A stretch of DNA of 55,531 nt from Myxococcota bacterium. GTDB lineage: Bacteria; Myxococcota_C; UBA6777. The DNA lies in assembly GCA_023150835.1 (NCBI GenBank), contig JAKLKB010000030.1:1-55531 (forward strand), given 5' to 3'. The notes under the pieces are model-generated. The model saw only the letters and a list, made by a program, of their open reading frames with translations. It made no database searches and was not told the origin of the DNA. Made by a program: the position numbers and the translations under genes. Position 1 is the stretch's first letter. The number at the start of each line of letters is the position of its first letter. Below, one piece after another: positions 47,065 through 55,531 of this stretch.

Positions 47065-48864
47065 TCAGGGGAATTGGAAGCGGTATGTATTGGTTTTTCC
47101 TGCTTCTACGGAGATCTGGTATTGTCTTGTTGTGGCGTCGGCTTGTTTTTTGGGGACTTGGTATTGGAGTTGGATGGTGTAATTTCCGGCAGGTAGTTCT
47201 TTTTCAAAGGGAATTTGCGTATGATCGATAAGTTTGCCTTGAAAGAAGATGTAAGCCCACGGGACGGATCGGATGATCACACGGCCTTTTGGAGGGGGCG
47301 ATACAATCGGGCGGAGGGTGGGTTGTTGTGTGGAAGAGGGCGGCTGAGGGATACGAGCGGCGACTTGGGTGGGTGAGGAGGGCAAGAACCATTGTGCGAG
47401 AAGGAAGAGCAGCAAGAGTCCTGTTGCGAAGGTGCCGAGGCCGATCCAAAGGGGAGCGTGTTGTTTTTGAGAGATCGCGGTTCCAGCGAACAGTTCTTCG
47501 TCTTCTTGCATCTCAAGCAGAGCGGGAGAAGCTGTCCATGTGCTTGCGCTGGGTGTTTCTTCGGTGTGTTTTTGCGATGGTTCGGTCTTTTGCGGGCGCA
47601 TCGGCAAAGGATCTTTGAGCGGAGGTGCATCTTCTGCCACGGCCTGAACGTCAGGTAAAGTCGGTTCGTCGTGCTCAAGGCGTGCATGGATCTGTAGTGG
47701 TGGCGGCGATGCTCGGAATGGGTGTAGATGGCTGGGCGGTTGAGAAAAAGGCGTTGCACCGGCAAAGACTTCGACGGATTGTGAGCGAGAGCCGTCAGGA
47801 GAGAGAGGTGGTTTGGTGGTGGGTGGTGTAGGCGTATGGAGAGGCCGCCCTACAGCGAGTTGTTTGGCGTGTACCTCTCGGGCGATCTTGGTTTCTTCCA
47901 TAATGGCGGCGCTGTCGCGCTCGAACACATCTTCGAACAATTTGCGGATAAAAGCCGAAAGATGCGCACGCGAAGGAAACAGGTGAGAGCGGCTGAGGAA
48001 GCGCAGGAGATCGAGGCGCATCTCTGCAACGCTGGCGTAGCGATCTTCTGGATAGCGCGTCAAAGCTTTCATGAGGATGTGATCGAGATCAGGCGGAAGG
48101 CTGGGGTTGATATGGCGCAAGGGTGTAAACAGAGCTTCACGGACTTTTTCGAGGATCACATAGTCGTTGGGTCCGTCAAACATTTTTTGGCAGGTCAAGA
48201 GTTCCCATGCGACCACGCCGAGCGAAAAGATATCGCTACGATGATCCATGCGATCACCCCGGACCTGCTCAGGCGACATATAGGCGAACTTGCCTTTCAA
48301 GACCCCGCCTGTGGTGTCGTCGCGTCCGAGGACTTGAACGCGTGCGATGCCGAAATCCGTGATTTTGACCTCGCCTTCGTAGGAGATCAAGATGTTTTGC
48401 GGCGTGATATCACGATGAACCAGATTGAGGAAGTGGCCCATATCATCGTGTTTTCGGTGAGCATAATCGAGTCCGTTGCAGATCTCGATCAAGACCCATA
48501 CAGCGAGGCCAAGCGGGATGTGTTGTTGATATTCGCGACACCTGTAGAGCAACGCAGCCAGATCACAGCCGCGTACGTACTCCATCGCGATGAAGTAGAG
48601 TTCGTCTTGCAGGCCGAAATCGTAGATGGGGACCGTGTTGACGTGATTCAAGGTGGCAGCGAGTTTCGCTTCGTTGATAAACATCTGAACGAACGAGGGA
48701 TTTTCCGTCAGGTGAGGATAAAGCCGCTTGATCGCGATGAGCTTTTCAAAGCCTTCTGCGCCAAAAGATTTGGCGCGAAAGACTTCGGCCATCCCTCCCA
48801 CAGCGACCTTGTTGAGAAGGATGTAACGTCCGTATACCAAGGGATCGAGTTGGGCTGCTTGCAT
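47065..48864 (-). CDS. Transmembrane Hanks-type Ser/Thr kinase with extracytoplasmic PEGA domain
   Basis: VAVGGMAEVF, IAIKR, HRDITPQN, TDFG and GKFAYMSPEQ motifs; TM helix; C-terminal VIIRSVPWAYIF...LPAGNYTI. Confidence 0.93.
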   Translation of the reverse strand: MQAAQLDPLVYGRYILLNKVAVGGMAEVFRAKSFGAEGFEKLIAIKRLYPHLTENPSFVQMFINEAKLAATLNHVNTVPIYDFGLQDELYFIAMEYVRGCDLAALLYRCREYQQHIPLGLAVWVLIEICNGLDYAHRKHDDMGHFLNLVHRDITPQNILISYEGEVKITDFGIARVQVLGRDDTTGGVLKGKFAYMSPEQVRGDRMDHRSDIFSLGVVAWELLTCQKMFDGPNDYVILEKVREALFTPLRHINPSLPPDLDHILMKALTRYPEDRYASVAEMRLDLLRFLSRSHLFPSRAHLSAFIRKLFEDVFERDSAAIMEETKIAREVHAKQLAVGRPLHTPTPPTTKPPLSPDGSRSQSVEVFAGATPFSQPPSHLHPFRASPPPLQIHARLEHDEPTLPDVQAVAEDAPPLKDPLPMRPQKTEPSQKHTEETPSASTWTASPALLEMQEDEELFAGTAISQKQHAPLWIGLGTFATGLLLLFLLAQWFLPSSPTQVAARIPQPPSSTQQPTLRPIVSPPPKGRVIIRSVPWAYIFFQGKLIDHTQIPFEKELPAGNYTIQLQYQVPKKQADATTRQYQISVEAGKTNTYRFQFP

Positions 48865-49110
48865 TGATCGTTAAACGGCTGGAATGTTTTTTGCTCGAAA
48901 ATAAAACGAAGTTCACTTTTGTTCGTAATAGAGAGAAGTCAGGATCTATCGTTTCACATCAAAAAGCAAGGTGTCATGTAAGAAAGGCCACGGGAGAACG
49001 ATAGAGGAGATGGGTGGTCAATTTGTCAAGAGCCTGTGCCGTATGGGTAAGGGCAAGAGAAGAAGAAACGGGGTGAGAGACCCCTTGAACCGAGATATAA
49101 GGAGGATGGG

Positions 49111-50025
49111 ATGAAGAGGTCACTACCGATTCCGTCCGGTTCGCTGGAACGTTACCTTCAAGAGATCAACCGTTATCCGTTGCTTTCGGCTGAACAAGAA
49201 AAGACGCTTGCGAGAAAGTGGGTCGAGCAGGGGGATCGCGATGCGGCGCATATGCTGACAACAAGCAACCTGCGTTTCGTTGTAAAGATTTCTTATGAGT
49301 ATCGACGTTATGGGATTCGCCTTTCGGATCTGATCCAAGAAGGAAACATTGGTTTGATTATGGCGGTCAAGAAGTTTGATCCTGATCGCGGGGTACGTTT
49401 GATCTCGTATGCGGTGTGGTGGATTCGAGCACAGATCCAGAACTTTATTTTGCAAAGTTGGCGGTTGGTGAAGATCGGGACGACACAAGCGCAACGTCGT
49501 TTGTTTTACAAGTTGGAAAAGACCAAAAGGATGCTGGCGCGGATGCACGGGGGCCGCGACAAAGTGGATCGCAAGTTGGTGGCCGATGCCTTGAATGTCA
49601 AGGAAGAGTTGGTCGAGGAGATGGAGCAGCGCTTGGGGGCACAAGAAGTCTCGTTGGACAGCCGCTTTCAGATGGAAGGTGAAGAGGGGCGTAGCTTGAC
49701 GGAGATCTTGCCGGACAATGGGCCAAGTCAGGAAGAGATGATGGGCGATGCAGAGTACGAAGATGTACGTCGCCAACATCTTTACGATGCGTTGGAGCAG
49801 CTGTCTGATCGCGAGCGTTTGATCATCCGCCGCCGTCGCTTGATCGAAGAGCCGCAAACCTTGAGCGAGATCGGCAAGGATCTGGGGATTACACGCGAGC
49901 GCGTGCGTCAACTCGAAGCGCGTGCGTTACGCAAGCTGCGCGGCTTTTTGGAAGATGGCGGACTGATCGATCTTTTCGATGAGATCGAGATCTTCATGGA
50001 AGAGCCAGCCGAAGCATGGGCTTGA
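49111..50025 (+). CDS. rpoH: RNA polymerase sigma factor, RpoH (sigma32) family
   Basis: SNLRFVVKI, DLIQEGNIGL, SYAVWWIRA, RpoH box TTQAQRRLFYKL and TRERVRQLE; AAGGAGG RBS. Confidence 0.9.
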   Translation: MKRSLPIPSGSLERYLQEINRYPLLSAEQEKTLARKWVEQGDRDAAHMLTTSNLRFVVKISYEYRRYGIRLSDLIQEGNIGLIMAVKKFDPDRGVRLISYAVWWIRAQIQNFILQSWRLVKIGTTQAQRRLFYKLEKTKRMLARMHGGRDKVDRKLVADALNVKEELVEEMEQRLGAQEVSLDSRFQMEGEEGRSLTEILPDNGPSQEEMMGDAEYEDVRRQHLYDALEQLSDRERLIIRRRRLIEEPQTLSEIGKDLGITRERVRQLEARALRKLRGFLEDGGLIDLFDEIEIFMEEPAEAWA

Positions 50026-50096
50026 GGTGTGTTGCGTGTGTTTCCTGTTGAGGTTGGGATCTTTTGCTCAAATAGGCGGGTGGATAGGGGAATTAG

Positions 50097-51137
50097 ATGC
50101 ATTTATCTTCGTTTCTGTATGATCTTCCAGACGAGTTGATTGCACACAGTCCAGCGCGTGAGCGCGGAGAATCGAGGTTGATGGCATTGTCGCGGGAGCG
50201 AGACACACCTGCGTCGCACCATTTTTTCTGCGATCTACCGTCTTTTTTGCGAGCGGGTGATCTTTTGGTCATGAACGACACGAAGGTGTTTCCTGCGCGA
50301 CTTTTTGTCAAAAAGCCGTCGGGTGGGCGTGTTGAGCTGTTGTTTTTGCAGCGTGAAAAAGGGGAAGGGGGGCAAGTGTGGCGGGCGATGGCGCGTTCTT
50401 CTCGTTCGATCCGCGTTGGGATGGCGTTGGTTTTTCCAGAAGAACATGGCGCGGATGTCATAGCGCGAACAGAAGATGGAGCAGTGCTACTCCGTATCCC
50501 TGAAGCACTCGATCTATTCGGTCTTTTAGAGCGTCATGGGGAGATCCCGTTGCCGCCCTACATCAACCCGCACCAAGGGATGGTGGATCATGCCACGCGT
50601 TATCAGACGGTGTATGCGAAAGAGCAAGGGGCCGTCGCTGCGCCCACAGCAGGGCTGCATTTGAGCGAGGCGTTGTTGGAGAGCTTGTTGGGGATGGGGA
50701 TCGGCTTGTCTTGGGTGACGCTGCATGTCGGGGCGGGTACCTTCTTGCCTGTACGGGTGGAAGATATCCGCGAACATCGGATGCACGCGGAACGCTATCA
50801 GATCTCGGATGAAGCCGCGCAGGCTTGGCAAGAAACCAAGGCCAAAGGGGGGCGCGTGATCGCTGTCGGGACGACCTCTTTGAGGGCCTTGGAAGCGTCT
50901 GCGTTGGAGCATGGTCATGTCGTCGCGGGAGCCAAAGAGACCGATATCTTCATCTACCCGGGGTTTTCGTTTCGTGCGGTGGATGGCTTGATCACAAACT
51001 TTCACTTGCCTGCGTCGACGTTGTTGATGTTGGTTTCTGCGTTTCACGGTCGGGAGCGGACGTTGCGAGCTTATGAAGAAGCGGTGCGCTTGGGGTATCG
51101 TTTTTACAGTTATGGTGATGCGATGCTGATCTTGTGA
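50097..51137 (+). CDS. queA: S-adenosylmethionine:tRNA ribosyltransferase-isomerase
   Basis: NDTKVFPARL, PLPPYI, RYQTVYA, AAPTAGLH, TLHVGAGTF, TNFHLP and YRFYSYGDAMLI motifs. Confidence 0.97.
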   Translation: MHLSSFLYDLPDELIAHSPARERGESRLMALSRERDTPASHHFFCDLPSFLRAGDLLVMNDTKVFPARLFVKKPSGGRVELLFLQREKGEGGQVWRAMARSSRSIRVGMALVFPEEHGADVIARTEDGAVLLRIPEALDLFGLLERHGEIPLPPYINPHQGMVDHATRYQTVYAKEQGAVAAPTAGLHLSEALLESLLGMGIGLSWVTLHVGAGTFLPVRVEDIREHRMHAERYQISDEAAQAWQETKAKGGRVIAVGTTSLRALEASALEHGHVVAGAKETDIFIYPGFSFRAVDGLITNFHLPASTLLMLVSAFHGRERTLRAYEEAVRLGYRFYSYGDAMLIL

Positions 51138-51240
51138 AGAGAGCCTGTGGCGGCGTTTGGGCGGGTGGGATGGGGAAGAGTGGTGTTGGGTGGTGGAGCC
51201 GTTGGGTTGAAAAAAGCGATAGCGTCTTGACAAGGGGCAG

Positions 51241-52794
51241 CTAGTTGTTTTTTGCGCCTTGGCAGATCCAGTTTTTGATCAACGTGATCTCGGCGGTGGT
51301 AAGGGTTCCACCGCGTGGCATGCGTGCGCCACAGGTCGGTGTTGCGGAGTCCAATTTTTCGACGATGTAGCTTTGAGCGGCGTTTCCGCTCACTACAAAG
51401 GTTTTGTTGCTGCATGTGCTTTTGCCCGTTGTGAGCGAACCAAAGGATTTGGTCGACTCAAGGTTAAGGCCTCCTGATGGAGTGTTGCCGCTGTGGCAGC
51501 CGGTACAACGGGCGTTCAGGAGGTTCTGGATGTCGGTTGCGTAACGGACGGTTGTTCCGCAAGGATCACCGCATTTCCCTGCGATGCAGGCTTGACCTGT
51601 GGCGCACTTGTTGTTGCAAGCGCCGCAATGATCGAGGTCTGTTTGAAGGTCAAGACAAGTGGTGTTGGTGCCACAGAGAGTTCTTCCTGTTGGGCAACCG
51701 CATTTGCTGTTGGTGCAAACTTGCGAGGTCGGGCATTTGGTGTTGCAAGCGCTGCAATGGCTGACGTTGTTCGTGAGGTTGACACAGGACGTTCCGCATT
51801 TTGTGGTCCCTGTCGGGCAGGCACAAACACCGTTTTGGCAAGTGTTGCCTCCCGTACATCGGGTTCCACAAGCGTTGCAATGGTTGCTGTCCGTTTTGAG
51901 ATTTACGCAAGCTCCGCTGCAATCGGTTTGTCCTGTGGGGCAGGCGCATTTTCCTGAAACGCAGGTTGAACCTGTCGGGCAGATCTCGCCGCACTTTCCG
52001 CAGTGTTGGGCATTGGTTTGCGTGTTGATGCACTGGCTGTTGCAGTCGGTTTCTCCTGTGGGGCAGCCGCATCGACCGTTGAGGCATTGGGTGGGGCATT
52101 TTTCCCCGCATTTTCCGCAATGATCTGTGTTGGATTGCGTATCGACGCATTGATCACCGCAAAGCACTTGTTGATCTGGGCAAAGACAAGCCGCTTGTTG
52201 GCAGATCTGGCCGGTGGGACAAGCGTTATTGCATTTTCCACAATGGCGGGCGTTGTTTTGTGGATCGACACATTCTTCAAGGCAGAGCTGTTTTCCGCTC
52301 GGGCAGGAGCATACGCCTTGTTTGCAGGTGGTTTGGGCTGGACAAGCGTTGTTGCAGGCCCCGCAGTGGAGGCTGCTTGTTTGAAGATCGACGCAAGCAT
52401 CGGCGCAGCGGGTTGTTCCCGTTGGGCAGGCGACGCTGCTTTGGCATACACCGTCGAGGCATATCTCGTTGCTCGCGCAGGCGTTGTTGCATTTTCCGCA
52501 ATGTTGGGGGTTGGTCTTGAGATCTTTGCAGCCTCCCGCACAAGGCGTTTGAGGACTTGGGCAAGATTCGGGGAGTAGGCCGCCGTCTTCGGGGGAAGTT
52601 TCTGTGGGCGTCTCGGGAGATGTTTCGTTCGGAGCGTTTTCGTTGTTTGTTTCGCTGTTGGGTTCGGAGGCGGATTCTTGTTGACCTTCGGGCTGTGGGG
52701 GGGGGCCGCATTGGACAAGGAGCGTAAGCGGGATCGCAAGGAAACAGAACAAAAGAAGTCCGCGTCGGATAAGCCGTGTGGGGTGCATCGGCAT
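51241..52794 (-). CDS. Lipoprotein with 8 Cys-rich repeats and C-terminal monoheme c-type cytochrome domain
   Basis: GGAGGAG RBS; lipobox LVQC; 8 units of about 40 aa (C.D.QT...HCG.C...C); C-terminal CTGCH...GLNL...RMPRGG...IKNWICQGA. Confidence 0.85.
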   Translation of the reverse strand: MPMHPTRLIRRGLLLFCFLAIPLTLLVQCGPPPQPEGQQESASEPNSETNNENAPNETSPETPTETSPEDGGLLPESCPSPQTPCAGGCKDLKTNPQHCGKCNNACASNEICLDGVCQSSVACPTGTTRCADACVDLQTSSLHCGACNNACPAQTTCKQGVCSCPSGKQLCLEECVDPQNNARHCGKCNNACPTGQICQQAACLCPDQQVLCGDQCVDTQSNTDHCGKCGEKCPTQCLNGRCGCPTGETDCNSQCINTQTNAQHCGKCGEICPTGSTCVSGKCACPTGQTDCSGACVNLKTDSNHCNACGTRCTGGNTCQNGVCACPTGTTKCGTSCVNLTNNVSHCSACNTKCPTSQVCTNSKCGCPTGRTLCGTNTTCLDLQTDLDHCGACNNKCATGQACIAGKCGDPCGTTVRYATDIQNLLNARCTGCHSGNTPSGGLNLESTKSFGSLTTGKSTCSNKTFVVSGNAAQSYIVEKLDSATPTCGARMPRGGTLTTAEITLIKNWICQGAKNN

Positions 52795-52943
52795 GGTCTC
52801 CTCCGTTGGGCAGTGTTATGCTGCAAAGTCTCGGGTGTTCGGTTGAAATGAACGTCTTCGTTCCAACCGAATGGAGTATACCACGCACAGAAAAGATCTC
52901 GGCTTTTTTTCTCGGGTGCCATCGCGGTACGTTTGGGTTGCGT

Positions 52944-55250
52944 TCACCAAGATCGTTGTTCTTGCCAGAGAGCAAAGGCTTTGTCTTTGGGCAGTGGTGG
53001 TGAAAACAAATAACCTTGGGCTTTGTCGACCTTTGCTTGATGCAAAACCGCACGTTGCTCGTTGGTTTCGACGCCTTCGGCAACGATCTGTATCCCAAGG
53101 CTGCGCGTCATGGTGACGATGCCTTCGAATACAGCCTTGGATCGGTTGTTTTGAGTGAGATCGTGGATAAAAGATCGATCGAGTTTGATGGCGTGAAAGG
53201 GAAGCCGGTGCAGATAAGAAAGCGAGGAATAGCCCGTCCCGAAGTCGTCAAGCATGAAATGGAACCCGTCTTGGGCGAGTTGTTCGAGAAGGTGGGCGGT
53301 GTGATCGAGTTCTGTGAGCAGGGCGCTTTCAGTCAATTCGATAGATATCTCCGAAAATAGGGTATTTTCTTCTTTTAGAATAGAGCAGACTCGGTGATAA
53401 AAGGAGGCTCGGCCTTGGTCTTCGTTGGGGCGGATAAACTTTTGTGCGGCGGATGCGTTCCATTCGCGAGCAGAGGTGTTGATGCTGATCGTTGGGACAA
53501 CTGCGTTTGCGGTGTGTTGTTTCCATTGTTGGATGGTGCGACAGGCCTCGCGCAGAACCCACTCACCGAGCGGATAGATAAAGCCACATTCTTCTGCAAT
53601 GGGGATAAATTCGGCAGGGGAGATCATGCCTTTTTGGCTGTGTTTCCAACGCAGAAGAGCTTCAAAAGAGCAGATCATCCCGTTTTCAAGAGAGATGATC
53701 GGCTGCAAGTGGATGGAAAGTTCGTTGCGTTCGATCGAGTGGCGCAAGTCCATCTCTAGTTCCGTACGTTGTCGCACACGCAAGTGCATCTCTTGATCAT
53801 AGAAAACAAAAGAGCGACGGCCATTGGATTTGGCGCGATACAAGGCGATATCGGCTTCTCGGAGGAGCTCGTCGGCGTTGATTTGGGAGGCGGAGGAGAA
53901 AACAATACCGATGCTGGCTCCGATGTCGAGCTGTATGCCTTGGATCTCGACGGGGCGAGATATCGCGTCAAGTAGGCGTTTTGCGACGACTTGCGGTGTT
54001 CGTTCTCTTTGGATCAGTTCGAGGAGGATCGCGAATTCATCCCCGCCAAGGCGTGCGACGGTGTCGTGGCTGCGAAGGCTTTTCTTGATGCGGGAAGCGA
54101 TCTCTTTGAGCAAGAGATCGCCTGTTTGGTGTCCAAAGGTATCGTTGATCTGCTTGAAGTGATCGAGATCCATGAGCAACAAAGCAAAGTTTGAGTAGGT
54201 TTCTTCGGGAGAAGAACGTTGAAAGCGTGCGACCACTTGGTGGAGCCGTTCGTAAAAAGACAGGCGGTTGGACAAGCCTGTGAGCGGATCGTGGTAGGCG
54301 TTGAACCGCAGCTTTTCCTCCATTTCCCGCTGGTGGGTGATATCGGATGTGGCTCCGATCACGCGTAGGGGGGAGCCTTGTGGATCGCGCAAAACGATCC
54401 CTTGCCCGAGCGCCCAGATGTAGGTCCCATCGTGTTTGCGCAGGCGATGTTCCCATGTGTGGTAGGTTTGATCGCCGCTCAACCACTGCATGAAGGACTC
54501 GAAGAAAGCCGCTCGATCTTCGGGGTGGACACATATCTCCATCCATTCGACAGTGCGCGGGATGTATCCTTTTGGATATCCGAGCATCTCGTCGAAGCGT
54601 TCGGAAAGATAAAGCTGTTGGTTGGCCAGATCGATATCCCATAGCCCATCGCTGGTTGCTTGGACGGCGAGGCGGAAACGCTCTTGGCTGGCTTCGGCTT
54701 GTTGCGTGGCTTCTTTGGCCCGTTGTTCGGCCACGACACGTTGCGTGATATCAAGATGTTCGGTTGCGATGTAGCGTTTCCCGTCTACTTCGCAAGCCCA
54801 CAGTCGCGCAAGAAACCAACGCTTTTCGTCAGGTCCGTGACAAGGGTATTCAAAGGTGTCGCTATCGGTTTCTCGATGAAGTAGCTGCTTGAGCGATTGA
54901 AGTGCGCGTGCTGCGTGAAGATCGTAGGCAGCAGCTTGTTCACAGACTCGCAGATAACTGGCTCCCGGGGCGATGCTTGGTTTGAAAGCCCCGTTCTGTT
55001 CGCCAAATCGGAACCAAGCGCGGTTTGCGTACAAGATCGTTCCGCTTGCGTCGAGCAGCGCGAAACTGGTTTTGGTCGTTTGGAGGCTTTCAAATAACGC
55101 TCTTGCGAGCGGCTCGTTGAGGGGGGAGTGTGGTGTTGTGTGGAATATGACTTCCTGTTGCAATGCTGCCTCCCTTGCTGTGCGCCCTTGCTTGCGCGTG
55201 GATGCTCTTCGTCTTGTTGCTTTGTCTGAAAGGCATGAAAAATTCTTCAT
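52944..55250 (-). CDS. PAS-PAS-GGDEF-EAL diguanylate cyclase/phosphodiesterase
   Basis: Two PAS/PAC domains; HDPLTGL; RSHD I-site followed by GGDEF; FEALLRW, DDFGTGYSSL and AEGVE motifs. The start codon is uncertain. Confidence 0.93.
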   Translation of the reverse strand: MKNFSCLSDKATRRRASTRKQGRTAREAALQQEVIFHTTPHSPLNEPLARALFESLQTTKTSFALLDASGTILYANRAWFRFGEQNGAFKPSIAPGASYLRVCEQAAAYDLHAARALQSLKQLLHRETDSDTFEYPCHGPDEKRWFLARLWACEVDGKRYIATEHLDITQRVVAEQRAKEATQQAEASQERFRLAVQATSDGLWDIDLANQQLYLSERFDEMLGYPKGYIPRTVEWMEICVHPEDRAAFFESFMQWLSGDQTYHTWEHRLRKHDGTYIWALGQGIVLRDPQGSPLRVIGATSDITHQREMEEKLRFNAYHDPLTGLSNRLSFYERLHQVVARFQRSSPEETYSNFALLLMDLDHFKQINDTFGHQTGDLLLKEIASRIKKSLRSHDTVARLGGDEFAILLELIQRERTPQVVAKRLLDAISRPVEIQGIQLDIGASIGIVFSSASQINADELLREADIALYRAKSNGRRSFVFYDQEMHLRVRQRTELEMDLRHSIERNELSIHLQPIISLENGMICSFEALLRWKHSQKGMISPAEFIPIAEECGFIYPLGEWVLREACRTIQQWKQHTANAVVPTISINTSAREWNASAAQKFIRPNEDQGRASFYHRVCSILKEENTLFSEISIELTESALLTELDHTAHLLEQLAQDGFHFMLDDFGTGYSSLSYLHRLPFHAIKLDRSFIHDLTQNNRSKAVFEGIVTMTRSLGIQIVAEGVETNEQRAVLHQAKVDKAQGYLFSPPLPKDKAFALWQEQRSW

Positions 55251-55500
55251 CACCAAACCCGCGAGATCCAAATGCTGTTGCTTTTTGTGGAAGTCTCTTC
55301 CAAAAAAGGATGCTCTTGCAGATCGCTACGGCATGGCGAGGAAAGAACTTAAACAGAGAGACGCGGTTGGAGCGTTTTTGGGCACGGCCTCAGAGGGTGT
55401 TTGCGAAACTCGCTACATGACAGTTGAAGAAAACAACGAAAACTCGAGGGGTTCATTCAAAACAGATAGCGATGAAGAGGTCAGCGACGCAACAGAGCGA

Positions 55501-55526
55501 GGGCAGGCACGGGGGCCTGCCCCTAC
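55501..55526 (-). repeat. GTAG-type REP hairpin (core of the repeat family)
   Basis: Reverse complement is GTAGGGGCAGGCCCCCGTGCCTGCCC; it lies at the window edge. Confidence 0.7.
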
Positions 55527-55531
55527 CTCTT

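Noticed and set aside
51560-52560. Multiheme cytochrome or ferredoxin in the Cys repeats
   Set aside because: The repeats are HCxxC, not CxxCH, and the protein is exported, so disulfide modules are more likely; only one true CxxCH exists.

Overview
A gene-dense, ~55% GC bacterial window whose content points to Myxococcota or a related deltaproteobacterium: Hanks-type kinases, PEGA/TPR proteins, Cys-rich lipoproteins and a Glt/Nfs cluster. In order, it contains: (i) a minus-strand signalling block with an intact Ser/Thr kinase, a pseudokinase, a His kinase with a degenerate receiver and a TPR protein with a degenerate zincin domain; (ii) a HEAT-repeat lipoprotein, an NtrY/NtrX-like sigma54 two-component pair and an ABC-F ATPase; (iii) an ~18 kb plus-strand run in which an Opp/Dpp-type ABC importer with two binding proteins is embedded among uncharacterised lipoproteins, two paralogous TPR/Cys-rich membrane-anchored proteins, a TolB-like beta-propeller and a PEGA protein, which is the best candidate for an undescribed envelope system; (iv) a convergent gltA/B-C-D-E-F-G (gliding/Nfs-type) cluster preceded by two PEGA paralogues, a lipoprotein and a PEGA-bearing kinase; (v) rpoH, queA, a Cys-repeat lipoprotein ending in a c-type cytochrome, and a PAS-GGDEF-EAL protein. 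Non-coding signals include a ~115-bp MITE/REPIN-like element (4 full copies plus one REP core), a tandem repeat made of the gltG 3' end, a structured-RNA candidate, and strong GATC over-representation. No tRNA, rRNA, CRISPR array or transposase was seen. All product calls come from motif recognition by eye; no database searches were run.
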